Shown here piece by piece: positions 54,001 to 64,000 of a DNA stretch of 64,000 nt. A program made the position numbers and the translations under genes. The stretch comes from Phoronis australis (Eukaryota > Animalia > Phoronida). The notes below the pieces were generated by a model. The model saw nothing but the letters and a program-made list of their open reading frames with translations. It ran no database searches and was not told the origin of the DNA. The stretch spans positions 1 through 64,000 of the forward strand of contig NMRA01000340.1 of the NCBI GenBank assembly GCA_002633005.1, in the 5' to 3' direction. The first letter of the stretch is position 1, and the number at the start of each line of letters is the position of its first letter.

Positions 54001-54714
54001 ACAAATAAATATTTCACAGAAGGAACCAGATGGGTTCCTTAATTACAAGAGATAACACACATTTCCGATACCCAAAGTGTAATTGAGTATCGGATACTAA
54101 GTGGCACAGGTTAGCATAGTACCAAATGGGTACATAATACCAAATGGGTATTGGCCGATTGCCTACCAACTGGGTCGAGCAAAGCGGCAAATTCAATAAC
54201 AAGTACCAAGTGGGTACAAACTGCCAAATGGGCAAATATCATATAAAGTACCAAGTGGGTACACCAAACAGCCAACTGGGCTATAACAACCTGTAAAGCA
54301 GGTTCCGGACAAGCTGAGTGAGCAGACCAGCCGGAGTGATAAAAACAGATATTGTAAGGAACGTGGTGTTGTAGCTCAGTATGTGCCACTTGGGCAGGGT
54401 TGTTCATGGATGAACAATCCTGTCCACCGCCTCCATTAATTGAAAAAATATAACAAAGTTTGTGTTTATTATGACTTAATACAGCCTGTAGGAATATTAT
54501 CTGCAATATCATCCTTTATGAACAATTGATTTTCTTCTTTTCCAACTGCTGTAATTCCATGTAAAATTTGCTGAATTGGCACAGTTGTAACATCAAATTT
54601 CACAAAAATTTGCAAGTTTAAACGTGGGAACTTAAAAAATTTTGATTCATGAGGTACAATGATTTGTGACATCAAATACAACTGAATTATATTGCCCCCC
54701 TAAAATGGTCACAG
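51084..54714 (+). mobile_element. Internally deleted Academ-like DNA transposon with imperfect ~110-bp TIRs
   Basis: ctgtgaccattttagggggcaa...aagttcccacgttt at the left end and its inverse at the right end. Coding remnants YHKSCYTS, QGRDLVEVEVKYHRSCYKSF and a C-terminal Cys cluster LKCTEMCKCQNCGN; intron-like GTGAGT (about 51670) and TTGTAG (52072). Exact termini uncertain. Confidence 0.65.
53007..54390. repeat. ~464-bp direct repeats (period 921 bp) containing a short-hairpin array
   Basis: 53007-53470 vs 53928-54390, highly similar. Confidence 0.88.
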
Positions 54715-55963
54715 AAGTGGCTTTCTAGGCCTCCTCTGGCCTACGTACGACCCATGGCCTATACATGAATGTCACAGATTGGTCCTTGGTGTTTTCTTTT
54801 CCCACATTTGCCGTGTATAAAAGCGTAGGTCACGTTTGCCCGTTTAACAGAATTTAAAAGCAGTTTTCAAATTTTCCTTCAAATTTTTTTAGGGTTGTCA
54901 AGGGTCGCAGAGCATCGTTTTGTTTCAGATACTTAGATGGGAAAGTGTCAGTAAGCCAAAACCGGGTTGCTTATCTTTTCAAGAAACTGAGGACCATAAA
55001 TAAAAACTAAATCTGTCATTTAAAGTTCAATTTTATTTTGTTTGAACGGCAAAAATCAGAAGAGCAACAACGTGCATTCCAACTACTGTTTCTTAGTTAA
55101 CTGTTCCGGACTTCTATTGTGTGACTTGTATGGGCAACAAAATGAGGTGACTTGACTTATGTACACCCATTTATCAGTGATCTTTTTCATATCCTAAAGA
55201 ATCCAGCGAAATTTGAATGCGGGAGCGCGTCATGAACAGTTATTTAAAACGAAATTTGGTTATGCCATTGACACCTTTTGCCCAATTTCACTAAAAATAC
55301 GCGATCACATACTTTACTACTTTAAGTTAAAAATTATTTATTGTTTTGTAAATATATATTTGGCTGAATGTACAGACTTGTTCATAAGGTCATGCATAAG
55401 GATCGTTCTAAAACCCCTCGAACCCCACACCCACGACCCACGACCACCTCGACCAACGACCCCCACGACCCACAGCCCCCTTGACCCACAGCCCCCTTGA
55501 CCCACGACCTGCTGCAAAAGAGGTGTCTTTGCGCTTTTTACATATTTCATAATGATCTCAGCCAATATATAAATAAAAAACTTGCTTTCCAAAATTGCCA
55601 ATTTCGCTTTGAAAACCCGATAACCTAGCACTTACATGTATGCACTAACTAATGCAATTTATTGGGGGTAACTATTACCAAAGTACTACGATGTTTTTGG
55701 ACGTCATGCCAGAACTTTAAAATTACACAAATTTATGCCGACTAACTGCCCTCACGTGGCTCAAAAGAGCAGTGTTAATGCACAGGCGCTCGGATTTCCA
55801 GATCACTCATAACTACATAAGAAACATAAAGGTTGGACACTTAAACTTTGCCAAGCCGAGGTTCAACTTCAACAGTCCAAAATCCAAATAAAATCTGCGT
55901 GCACCTCCCTCACTCTGGTGTTGCATAAACCTTCGAAGCCTTATGTTTCTTAGATCCCATTAA

Positions 55964-58782
55964 AGTCCTTCTCTCAAACGGCCCATGTGGTTCCAGTATC
56001 CGAAAATACTTACTACATAAAATCTTATTTTCGACACCCTTTCTTTATATTCTTTTCGCCTTTCTTTCCAAAAGCGATTTCTAAACAGTATTTGACCCTT
56101 CTCTCTGAGCGTATGATTACCGGTTGTCATCGGTTATTTCCGTACCCACATTTCCGGCTCATCAGTTCAGGAACTTGTCCTGAACGCCGCCATTTTTCCT
56201 TGCAACTGAATGTGCTATCGCTTGCTCGAAAAGTCTTCATAATTTTGTTTTATTAGTAATATCTCGTGATTCGTTTGCATATGTACTGTATTTATAGTTT
56301 GTAGTTAGTGGTCGTTGATTTTTTTTTGGAATGTTACGCGTACTTACTATGTTAAAATAGCATTGGTGTTTAGTTCCTTACGTAGGCCGGTCGAACATAG
56401 AAACCAATATGAGTCGAACCATTTTTTTCTCGTTTTGAAAAAGTACTTTGCTATCATCGGAAAGGTAGTGCATTCTACTCAGTAAAAATCGAAAAAGTAT
56501 CAAAATCGGGGCAAGCACTGTAAAGTTATTGCAAGTTTTGTGGCGAAAATTGGGTCACTTTGTTTGGATCGCGTCGGCCATATTGGAGGACAGCGGGATA
56601 AGTTACGAGACTAAGTTCAAAATTTTGTGTAAATTGTTTTCGCCAACAAATTACGGTGAAATTTAGTTAGATATATCTTTACTTACTATTCTGCACCATT
56701 TAACAGTGTTCACCAAATTTCAGCCTTGCAGTTTTTACTCATTAAGTGATAAATGTGCTCACAATTCCCGTTGGACTTCGTCTCACTTCTGGCGGCACCG
56801 ACAACATGGCGACTTTTGCTGAACTGAAAGGCATGTTCAATCGGCTACTTTGTAATTTGTGAAGATTTAACGTTGATACATTTTGACAAACGTTGCTACA
56901 AAAAAATAAACTTTGTTCAATTTTGGTGTTTTTTGTGCAAAAATATCAGATGTATTCGAATTATTTTACGGTAAATTTCCCATTCAGGTGATCTTACACT
57001 ATGCTAAAAATATAGTTGAAATAATTTTGAAATGTTTTTTGTTTGACTGTCAACTGCTGTTCAGGACTTGATTCAGTGTCACAAAATGATTCATATTTTT
57101 CTAAATTTCATGTCTCAATTGATTTCAAGTAATGTTTTGTAACTTATTGCTTCTTAATTCAGGTTATCAAGTCAACAATATAAATAATCTTAATTTGAGA
57201 AATAAGCTATTTTGGATTGTGAAGCTTCAAGCCTCTAATTCCTGTTCCTTGCAACTTCATATTTTTTTTAATGAGGCTTGTCAAATTCTATTGTAAGGAA
57301 ACACTATTTCGTCACCATGGTAATAGTTAAATGTATGTCCACTTTCATATCATGGAAACTTGCTGTTGAATAGTGTTTGTAATGCTAAATGTTGTAAAGT
57401 ATTGTGCATTTTAAGTTACGTATTATGTTAAAAGTTTGAATCATTTTGGGTTAATGAATAAAAATGATAACATTTTGTATTGGACTTCTCATACTTATGT
57501 GCTCTAACGAGCTCCATTTTTGGAGAACTGGAAAAAGGTCTGCCTCAGTCAGAGAAGCCCGAATTCCGAAAATAAGTAGAACATGAGACAGTATTCCACT
57601 AGAAGACAGGAAGTACCAAAATTTAGCGTCTGCAATTCATAGCTCTGAACAAACCCAATGAATCTTATGTGACGGGACGTTCGTAACTTTACGCTTATTG
57701 TTATTCTTATTTAGTTGCAAATGTTCAGTTATTCTTATGCTAATGTCTTTGTTGCGTCTCAGTGCGCCTTTGTTAAGTGGGCATGTGGGCGCGACTGTAT
57801 GTGTCGGGCACTTCGCTAGCGACAGGCTTAGGAGAAGGGTGTTTCCTTCTTTTGCTTTCATGGAAAGTTGATCGTTATCATGTGCAAAGTGAACAGAAAC
57901 GAATGCCTGATGAGAGAAAAATACATATTTTGAGGTTCAGTGGAGACTTGCTCTGTTACACTTATAGTAAAAGATAGACATTCCCAAAAATTCCAGCCCC
58001 CCATTCTTTTATACTTGTTGCGCTCATACAAAGTCTGGGAAAATCTCTATTGAAAGCCAATAACTTTGCAGAGTTCGCCAGAAGTACCCAAGTTCTAAAT
58101 AAACCTCGTTTGAGCGAGCGCTACGGCCAGCGAGCAGTTAGGCCTAATGGTAGCCTTGGCGCAAAACTAACAAGTGTATTTTGACGATAGTCTGATCACT
58201 GAGGCTAACTAAAGTCTGCCGCGGCAGTGTGACACAGGACTAACCAGCCCGTAATTTCATGCAAGTGTCTGAAACTATCCTTGAATATACATGTATGCAG
58301 CAGTTATGATTTGACCATTTTACTTCGACAAAACAGCTTGCAACCGCATGCGTTTACCGTTCGCCAGTGTCTGGTCTCGATCGGTACCGGGTCCGATAGG
58401 CTGCGGTCTCGAGTCTGGCAAAATAATTTCTGTCAAAATTGATTCGCCACATTTCAAATTCGATAAAATTGTCCGTATTTTGATTTCATTAAAATTAAAG
58501 GGCGCTGTCGATTATTTTATCCCCGTTTGCAGGCTGGTAACAGTCACTCACACTGACGGCGTTTTCCTAGCCTGGGTTCCTGAATGAATTGTACTTCCGG
58601 GTTCGCGGCAAGTTCAAAATGGCGGTGGTTCTTCGGGTGCGAATCGTGAGATGCGCGTTCATTTAAACTTTTTTTTGAGTACGGATCGTGTATTAGTTAT
58701 GGGGTAGGTACTTCTTGGATCCTTATACATGTAATATCCTCTAACCATGTAATAAGGGTTAACAACGCGTGAGAGAAGGACT
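55964..58782. mobile_element. Non-autonomous Kolobok-like element, copy 2 (with nested solo LTR)
   Basis: Same TIR and TTAA flanks as 3846-6193; colinear along its length; extra segments at 57668-57960 and about 58342-58508. Confidence 0.87.
57668..57960. mobile_element. Solo LTR (293 bp, likely Gypsy-type)
   Basis: TGTGACGG...CTGTTACA termini with a 4-bp CTTA target duplication; the empty site is present in copy 1 (aatcttatagtaaaagataga, about 5510). Confidence 0.82.
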
Positions 58783-58799
58783 TTAACAGTTTCTGGCTC

Positions 58800-59335
58800 A
58801 CGCCATGGTCATCAAAATAGTGTCCACTTGTGTTTTTATTGCAAAACAAAGTACTGAGCTCAAATTATGATCCTTCACGAAATTGTTTTTCTCTGGTACC
58901 AGCTTCTGAAGTAATGTCTTACAATTCTCAAGGCAACGAGACTGTTTGCAGAACAAACAGGAGAGGTTAGAACTCGCGTCGGATTTCAATGCACAAAGAT
59001 ACACGTTGTTTTTTTCTCCACGCCTGTCTTCTTTCAGTGGTCCTCAACAAGTGCGTCTCGTCCAAAAGCCGGGTCATTGTTGGCTTTCGAGGTACGTTGG
59101 ATGAACATCACTAAATCCCTGGAAGCTGGCATTAACCATGAGCTTCGCAACGCAGCCATATTATCTCTCCAATTGTTTTGCATATACTCAGGAAGTTTCC
59201 TTACCACAGCCTGCATATTTTGAGGATGGTCCAATACCTTTAATCGCGGTATACCTTTCATGGCGAAACAGCACAGTCGTTCCAAGCCTTGTCCATCGTC
59301 TTGCTTGATTGTGGGCCATGTCCTAAGCCTTTAAA
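58800..59335 (-). mobile_element. BEL/Pao LTR retrotransposon gag fragment, degenerate
   Basis: TIKQDDGQGLERL...LKVLDHPQNMQAVVRKLPEYMQNNWR...DLVMFIQRTSKANNDPAFG, then a CLFCKQS.CLENC zinc-knuckle-like stretch. Confidence 0.75.
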
Positions 59336-59389
59336 TTTACGCAGCATTTCACAGCTCGACTGAAAAGTTTAGGGCCGCTGTGCCTCAAC

Positions 59390-59883
59390 CTCACCCACCG
59401 GAACCCGTGCACGGCCGGGTAGAAATTAAATGTAGTTAACAACCCTGTCCCTACCAGTCTTCACGAAGTAAAAAATTATCGTTCAATCTTAAGTTTAAAA
59501 ATCGCCGTTGGTCGCCGCAGCCCTGAATTGCACCCAAATGTGTCCCCGCAGGCTTGAGAATGAGTCGTTAGTTAGATTCAATAATCACGATTGGTAGTGA
59601 TAGGAACTGAGCTCATTAATTTGTAAACAATGTAATCAATGGTTTAAGAACTTAACTCTTGCACACCCTTTAAATGGTTACGAAAGGGACACAAATACTT
59701 TATTCATGCCAGTTCCGACTCATTGGCAGACAATCGGAGTAATGAACTGTCGGAATTCTGGTTTCCGAATTGTAGACATTCGAAATAGTAAACTTTCGAA
59801 GGTAGCGAACCTTTGGAGTAGTGAACCTTCAAAGTAGCGGACCTACGGAGTAGCTGAACCTTCGGAATAGTGACATGTAACCT
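59390..59883. repeat. Dispersed repeat, copy 2, with expanded gaaccttcggagtag units
   Basis: Matches 46035-46443; about 6 degenerate ~17-bp units at 59740-59880. Confidence 0.8.
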
Positions 59884-62849
59884 CATCAAGTTAGTTGCTC
59901 TTGTGAATTAAGTCTGCGAAGCTGAGCCCCATTAAAAATGATTGATAATAGAAGACTTGGTTCATTGGTCTTTGTTGAATGAACTAGCAGTGTCCCCTCT
60001 GAATTGTCCTTTTTCTCCCTCTGCTCCGAATGAAACTGTAGGTTTCCAGGCTACTTTCCATGTGCTCACCAATCAACAATAAGGCTGCGAAAAAAGTTAT
60101 CTGTCCATATTTCTTGTTTCCGTTACTTTTATGGTTATCCAAATGGATTTCTGTCAATAAATGTGTCCCCTATACACAACGAGTGAGCCTCGGTGAGGAT
60201 TATGGTCAAGCTATGGGGTCAGGAAACTGACTCGAATTAAACTTTTATTGCTTGTTTCATAATCAAGTTTATCAATGTTCTTGAATTTGTCCCACCAAAA
60301 GTCATTATAGTGCAAAACAGGGCAGGAAACTAAACCAGGAGTCTAAATCTGTGTAAAATGGGCCTGGCCTGAAAACCCCAGCCTGAAGGCTGGGCACATC
60401 CGATCACCTTATAAAAACAAAATTGGTCACCGGTTCAACTTTTTGTTTGACACAGTAGGTCAGCAGGTGGAGAGGAACTATTCTGAACCAAAATTTGGAA
60501 AATGTGGTTTTATTTCAGGTGACACTGAATAGTTAGGTTGTGGCCGCGGCCAATTTGCACTCCCAAAATGTTAAAATCTAGGGCTAGGCCAGGCTTGGGG
60601 GCATTTTTCAATAGGTATTGTGTGTAGGCCAAGTGAATGTTTTTTTTTTGTATTTGTGAACATGCTGGGAATGAAAAAAGGCCAGTTTCTCGGGTGTAGC
60701 TGCACTCTTCTTCAAGATGGTGGCCCCCTGTTGCAGTTGTGCATTGCTGTGTAGCAACTGAGAAATTGGCCGCGATTTCATGTAGCCCTCGAACAAGCCA
60801 GATTTGCAAAAAAACTAGTTGGTTGACAGTACTTTTGGACCACATTTTTGGAATTGGTAGGAAATTTGCTTTCGGAATCTATGTTGGCTTTAGTCGAGCA
60901 TCGGCAGGAAAGTGGTGATTTTGGGGTGAAAAGTGCCGATTTTGCATTTTTTTGCCCTCATTTTTCTTAGTTCGGCTTGGTTCCCACTGGGAGTGAATGG
61001 GTCAAAAATACAAGAGAGAATAAAGTTTCTGTGCTCATCTGTAGGGCTTGTGATGTGAAATGACACAAAACATTTCCTTATTTGCATGTAGTTTTTGACA
61101 ATGTGAAGAAAGGGTGAAGAGAGCATTGACGTGTGTTCTGACAGGCAAACCCCTGTGAGAACTGTTTGTGTCTCCAATGGGGCTATTCGGAGAATTCTCC
61201 TCGCGGTGTCGCTGTTGTACTAGTGGTGATTGAATTGCGCATGGGTCGATGTCTGCATGTAAACATCTGGTAAACAGACGGATTGTTATCAAAATACGTC
61301 ATCGTGCAAAACCTTATTATTGATTTTCCCTGGTGCAAGTCTTCGACAGGTGGTCACAAATTACCAAAAGACCTTAGGTTGCTACATTCGTGGAGCATTG
61401 CGGTTAAAAGGGTCAACCAACTGACGAAAAGTGTGTGTTTGGGAGACTACATAACGTTACTTGGTAAGTTTTTAGCAATCAAGTTTCTATCGACATCGTT
61501 CAGTGATGTTATCCCCACTAGTTATCCCACTGAATAACGGATTTATTGAATGGAACTAAATATTTCTTTTCTGAAACTCACCCAGGACTCGGATGTCTGG
61601 TAGGTTAGCAGCACATATTCACATATTGTCCTCCAGGGGTGGGTATGTGCTCAATATAAGAGGTTATGGTACGTTACGCTCAGAAGTCAAGGGTGACTTT
61701 TTCACAGCAATTTCTCTTCAAACTCATGCTATGTCCAATAGAATTCTCTAGATGAGAGAGTTTCCTTACTTTATAGCGGACCCCACCCCCAGGACTACCA
61801 GCTTAGTTACCGAATTAACATGAATAAGCTATTCAGTAAACGTCATAACATTGCATTGGAATAAAAATTGACACCTAGAATGAATTTTACTTGTTGAGGT
61901 CAGACGCACATTTGAGGTGTCCTGAAAAATACACATTATTAAATCACTTTTAGCCTGTTTCACATAGTTTAATTCAGATCTTAAATAAGACTTCGGTAAA
62001 AGATTATTAGTTTCTACATAAACATGAAGATGAAACGTCATGTATGTTCTGCCTTACTAAAGTAGTTTGTCTTGTGTTTTCTTTTATAATTTGCTAATAT
62101 TTCTCTGACTTTTCTGTTACAGGTGAGAGAAAGTGACTGAAACCACAAACCTGACCATCTGTTTTACCTTTGAACAAAGTGAAATGCAATCCTTCAGCAA
62201 TAAACAGAGATAGTTGAACCTAATTTAGAAATTCAGCCCTTGATATGCCTGATTATGAACTCCATTGCGTGGGAAAATTACAATTGTTTTTAACATAGTT
62301 GTTTCTTTATATACTTTTCTTGCATGTGGTACTTTTGTTGTGGATAAGTTAACACAAATCTTAAAATTGTTCAAAGGCCTTCGTAAGAAAGCTCTAAAAA
62401 TAATCACACACACACACAAACAAATCAAATGCAAACAATGGGAATACTTCATTTTGATCCCTGCACATTTCTAGAGGTCAACAGGAAAATGGCAATTTGC
62501 AAGCGTAATCGCTAATCATTTCAGATTTATAAAGAATAAGCACAACTGCAGTGTGTGGGGCTTTAAAACTGAAGAAACATTGTGGTTTCAATAATTAGTG
62601 ACAAATTTGCTTGTTGATGAAAAATTTATTCGATCATCAAAATGTAACATTAACGGACTTTCTACTGACAATAAGACAATCGATGCAGTCACTGAATGTT
62701 TTTTCCCCATAATGTGTACCAAATTGAACTGTTTTTACCATTAGTATAAAGCCTTTCTTCTCGAAGGAAAAGTTAATTTCACTCAGTGAGAAAGGATAGG
62801 TATTAATACCAGATGCTTTTGGTTTTCATTTCACAGAGATCTAGTTTCA

Positions 62850-63450
62850 GTAGCCTATAGAAGCGCTTGTAAAAAAGGTCCAATTTCGGTACATGGCTTT
62901 GCTCCAGGTAACCTCATTCAACCTCATATAGATCCTGGAAGGTAAGCACAACAGAATATCACTTGACTTGTTTTGTGCCCAAAATCTGATCCTGAACTAG
63001 ACCAGAGTGTCTGCCACTTCGTCTTCTTTAGCTTCAATCCAGCATGTTTCTTCCAGGAAAGGAAATTAGCTATTGTCCACACATGACTTATTGCCTATGA
63101 AAGGGCATCCTCACCAACGGGGCTGACTTGTGTAGCAGTCAGATATGGTTCCTGTTCATACACAAACAACACGATGTCGTATGGTAACTTCGTACTGCGA
63201 TTCACATTTCACCAGGGCCACTGACATGTACATTGTGCCATGCAGCACTAATGGTGTGTGGAAATGCTGTGGGAAGAGAAAGGAGTAACAAAGCTTGTTC
63301 GTTGTCTCCGTTGAAGAAAGTAGGCTTTAACAACAGATCTTCACTGGATGGGAAGATCTTGCTGGTTAACTGCAGCCAACTGCTTAAAACCAATTTTTGT
63401 CCATTCAGGGTCGATGCAGAAGCGTTGCATAACTCCTCTGCACGGTACAA
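62850..63450 (-). pseudogene. Degenerate YqaJ/lambda-exonuclease-like fragment, probably transposon-derived
   Basis: Frameshifted LFVYEQEPYLTAT, GLKLKKT and LVQDQILGTKQVK*YSVVLTFQD...VPKLDLFYKRF resemble recalled YqaJ-domain motifs (P+LGAS, QVQGQ, FVV, PKL..FY). Confidence 0.45.
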
Positions 63451-64000
63451 GCCCTCAAACCTAAACCAAAGGTCACGTGAAAACAGACATGATAGATTTT
63501 CATTTCAACTTGTAATAAATTTCCGGAAGACATAGGATAGGGAGTAAACAAATAGTCTAATGGATATTTACGAACCCTTTGCCATGGCATTGGACTTGGA
63601 TCTCACTAACCAATATCGAGTTCAACATTCAGCATTCATTGATGTAACTGCCACTGATAAACCTGCTAGAAATCATTCCAAACAATAATACTGCTTTGGT
63701 GTACGAAAATATCCCGAGTGCTACGTCAAGTATCGTAACACGCATCACAACAAACAAAGATTAACCCGACTGGCGACTACCGCGAAGTCGACATCGGCGA
63801 GTATCTCAGTTAACAGGCATCGGTAGAATAAACATAGAATAATCGTTAAAATAATCACAAACCTTATCTTTGTATAAGGTCGTGCTTACTTTCTCTCATA
63901 GAAGCACCCTTTTCACGCCATCTCAGATTCAGTTGGCACGCCTACAAGCCATTTCACCAAGTATTTAAAGGGCTCGCGAAATAGAGGCTGTTAATCAATC

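Noticed and set aside
53100-54300. CRISPR-like array of palindromic repeats with spacers
   Set aside because: Eukaryotic context, repeats only about 15 bp and variable, spacers irregular and very short, no cas genes
55420-55512. Pro/Thr-rich or Gly-rich ORFs
   Set aside because: Short degenerate cccacgac simple repeat with no coding evidence

Overview
Eukaryotic genomic DNA, probably from an invertebrate animal, from a draft assembly with N gaps. Two intron-rich genes sit head-to-head with only 357 bp between their start codons. (1) A USP15/USP4-type deubiquitinase on the minus strand: 20 coding exons reconstructed by hand from 29335 down to 906, with consistent GT-AG phases and 879 codons; the last exon(s) lie left of the window. 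(2) SLC25A20, the mitochondrial carnitine/acylcarnitine carrier, on the plus strand: 9 exons, 29693-40638, 296 aa, complete. From about 42 kb to the end I found no host gene, only transposon remnants: TTAA-flanked Kolobok-like elements (one THAP-bearing), Academ-like remnants, Penelope-like GIY-YIG fragments, a BEL/Pao gag fragment, a solo LTR, a YqaJ-like fragment, SINEs and MITEs. The most unusual signals are four. First, intronic HINE/pearl-like elements carry about 150-bp sub-repeats, each with a co-oriented CTCF-consensus motif. Second, three independent minisatellites are built from real splice junctions and create decoy donors or acceptors. Third, an array of short hairpins shows compensatory stem changes. 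Fourth, one Kolobok-like element has long TIRs that each carry the start of a THAP ORF. All assignments come from manual reading and recalled motifs; no searches were run.
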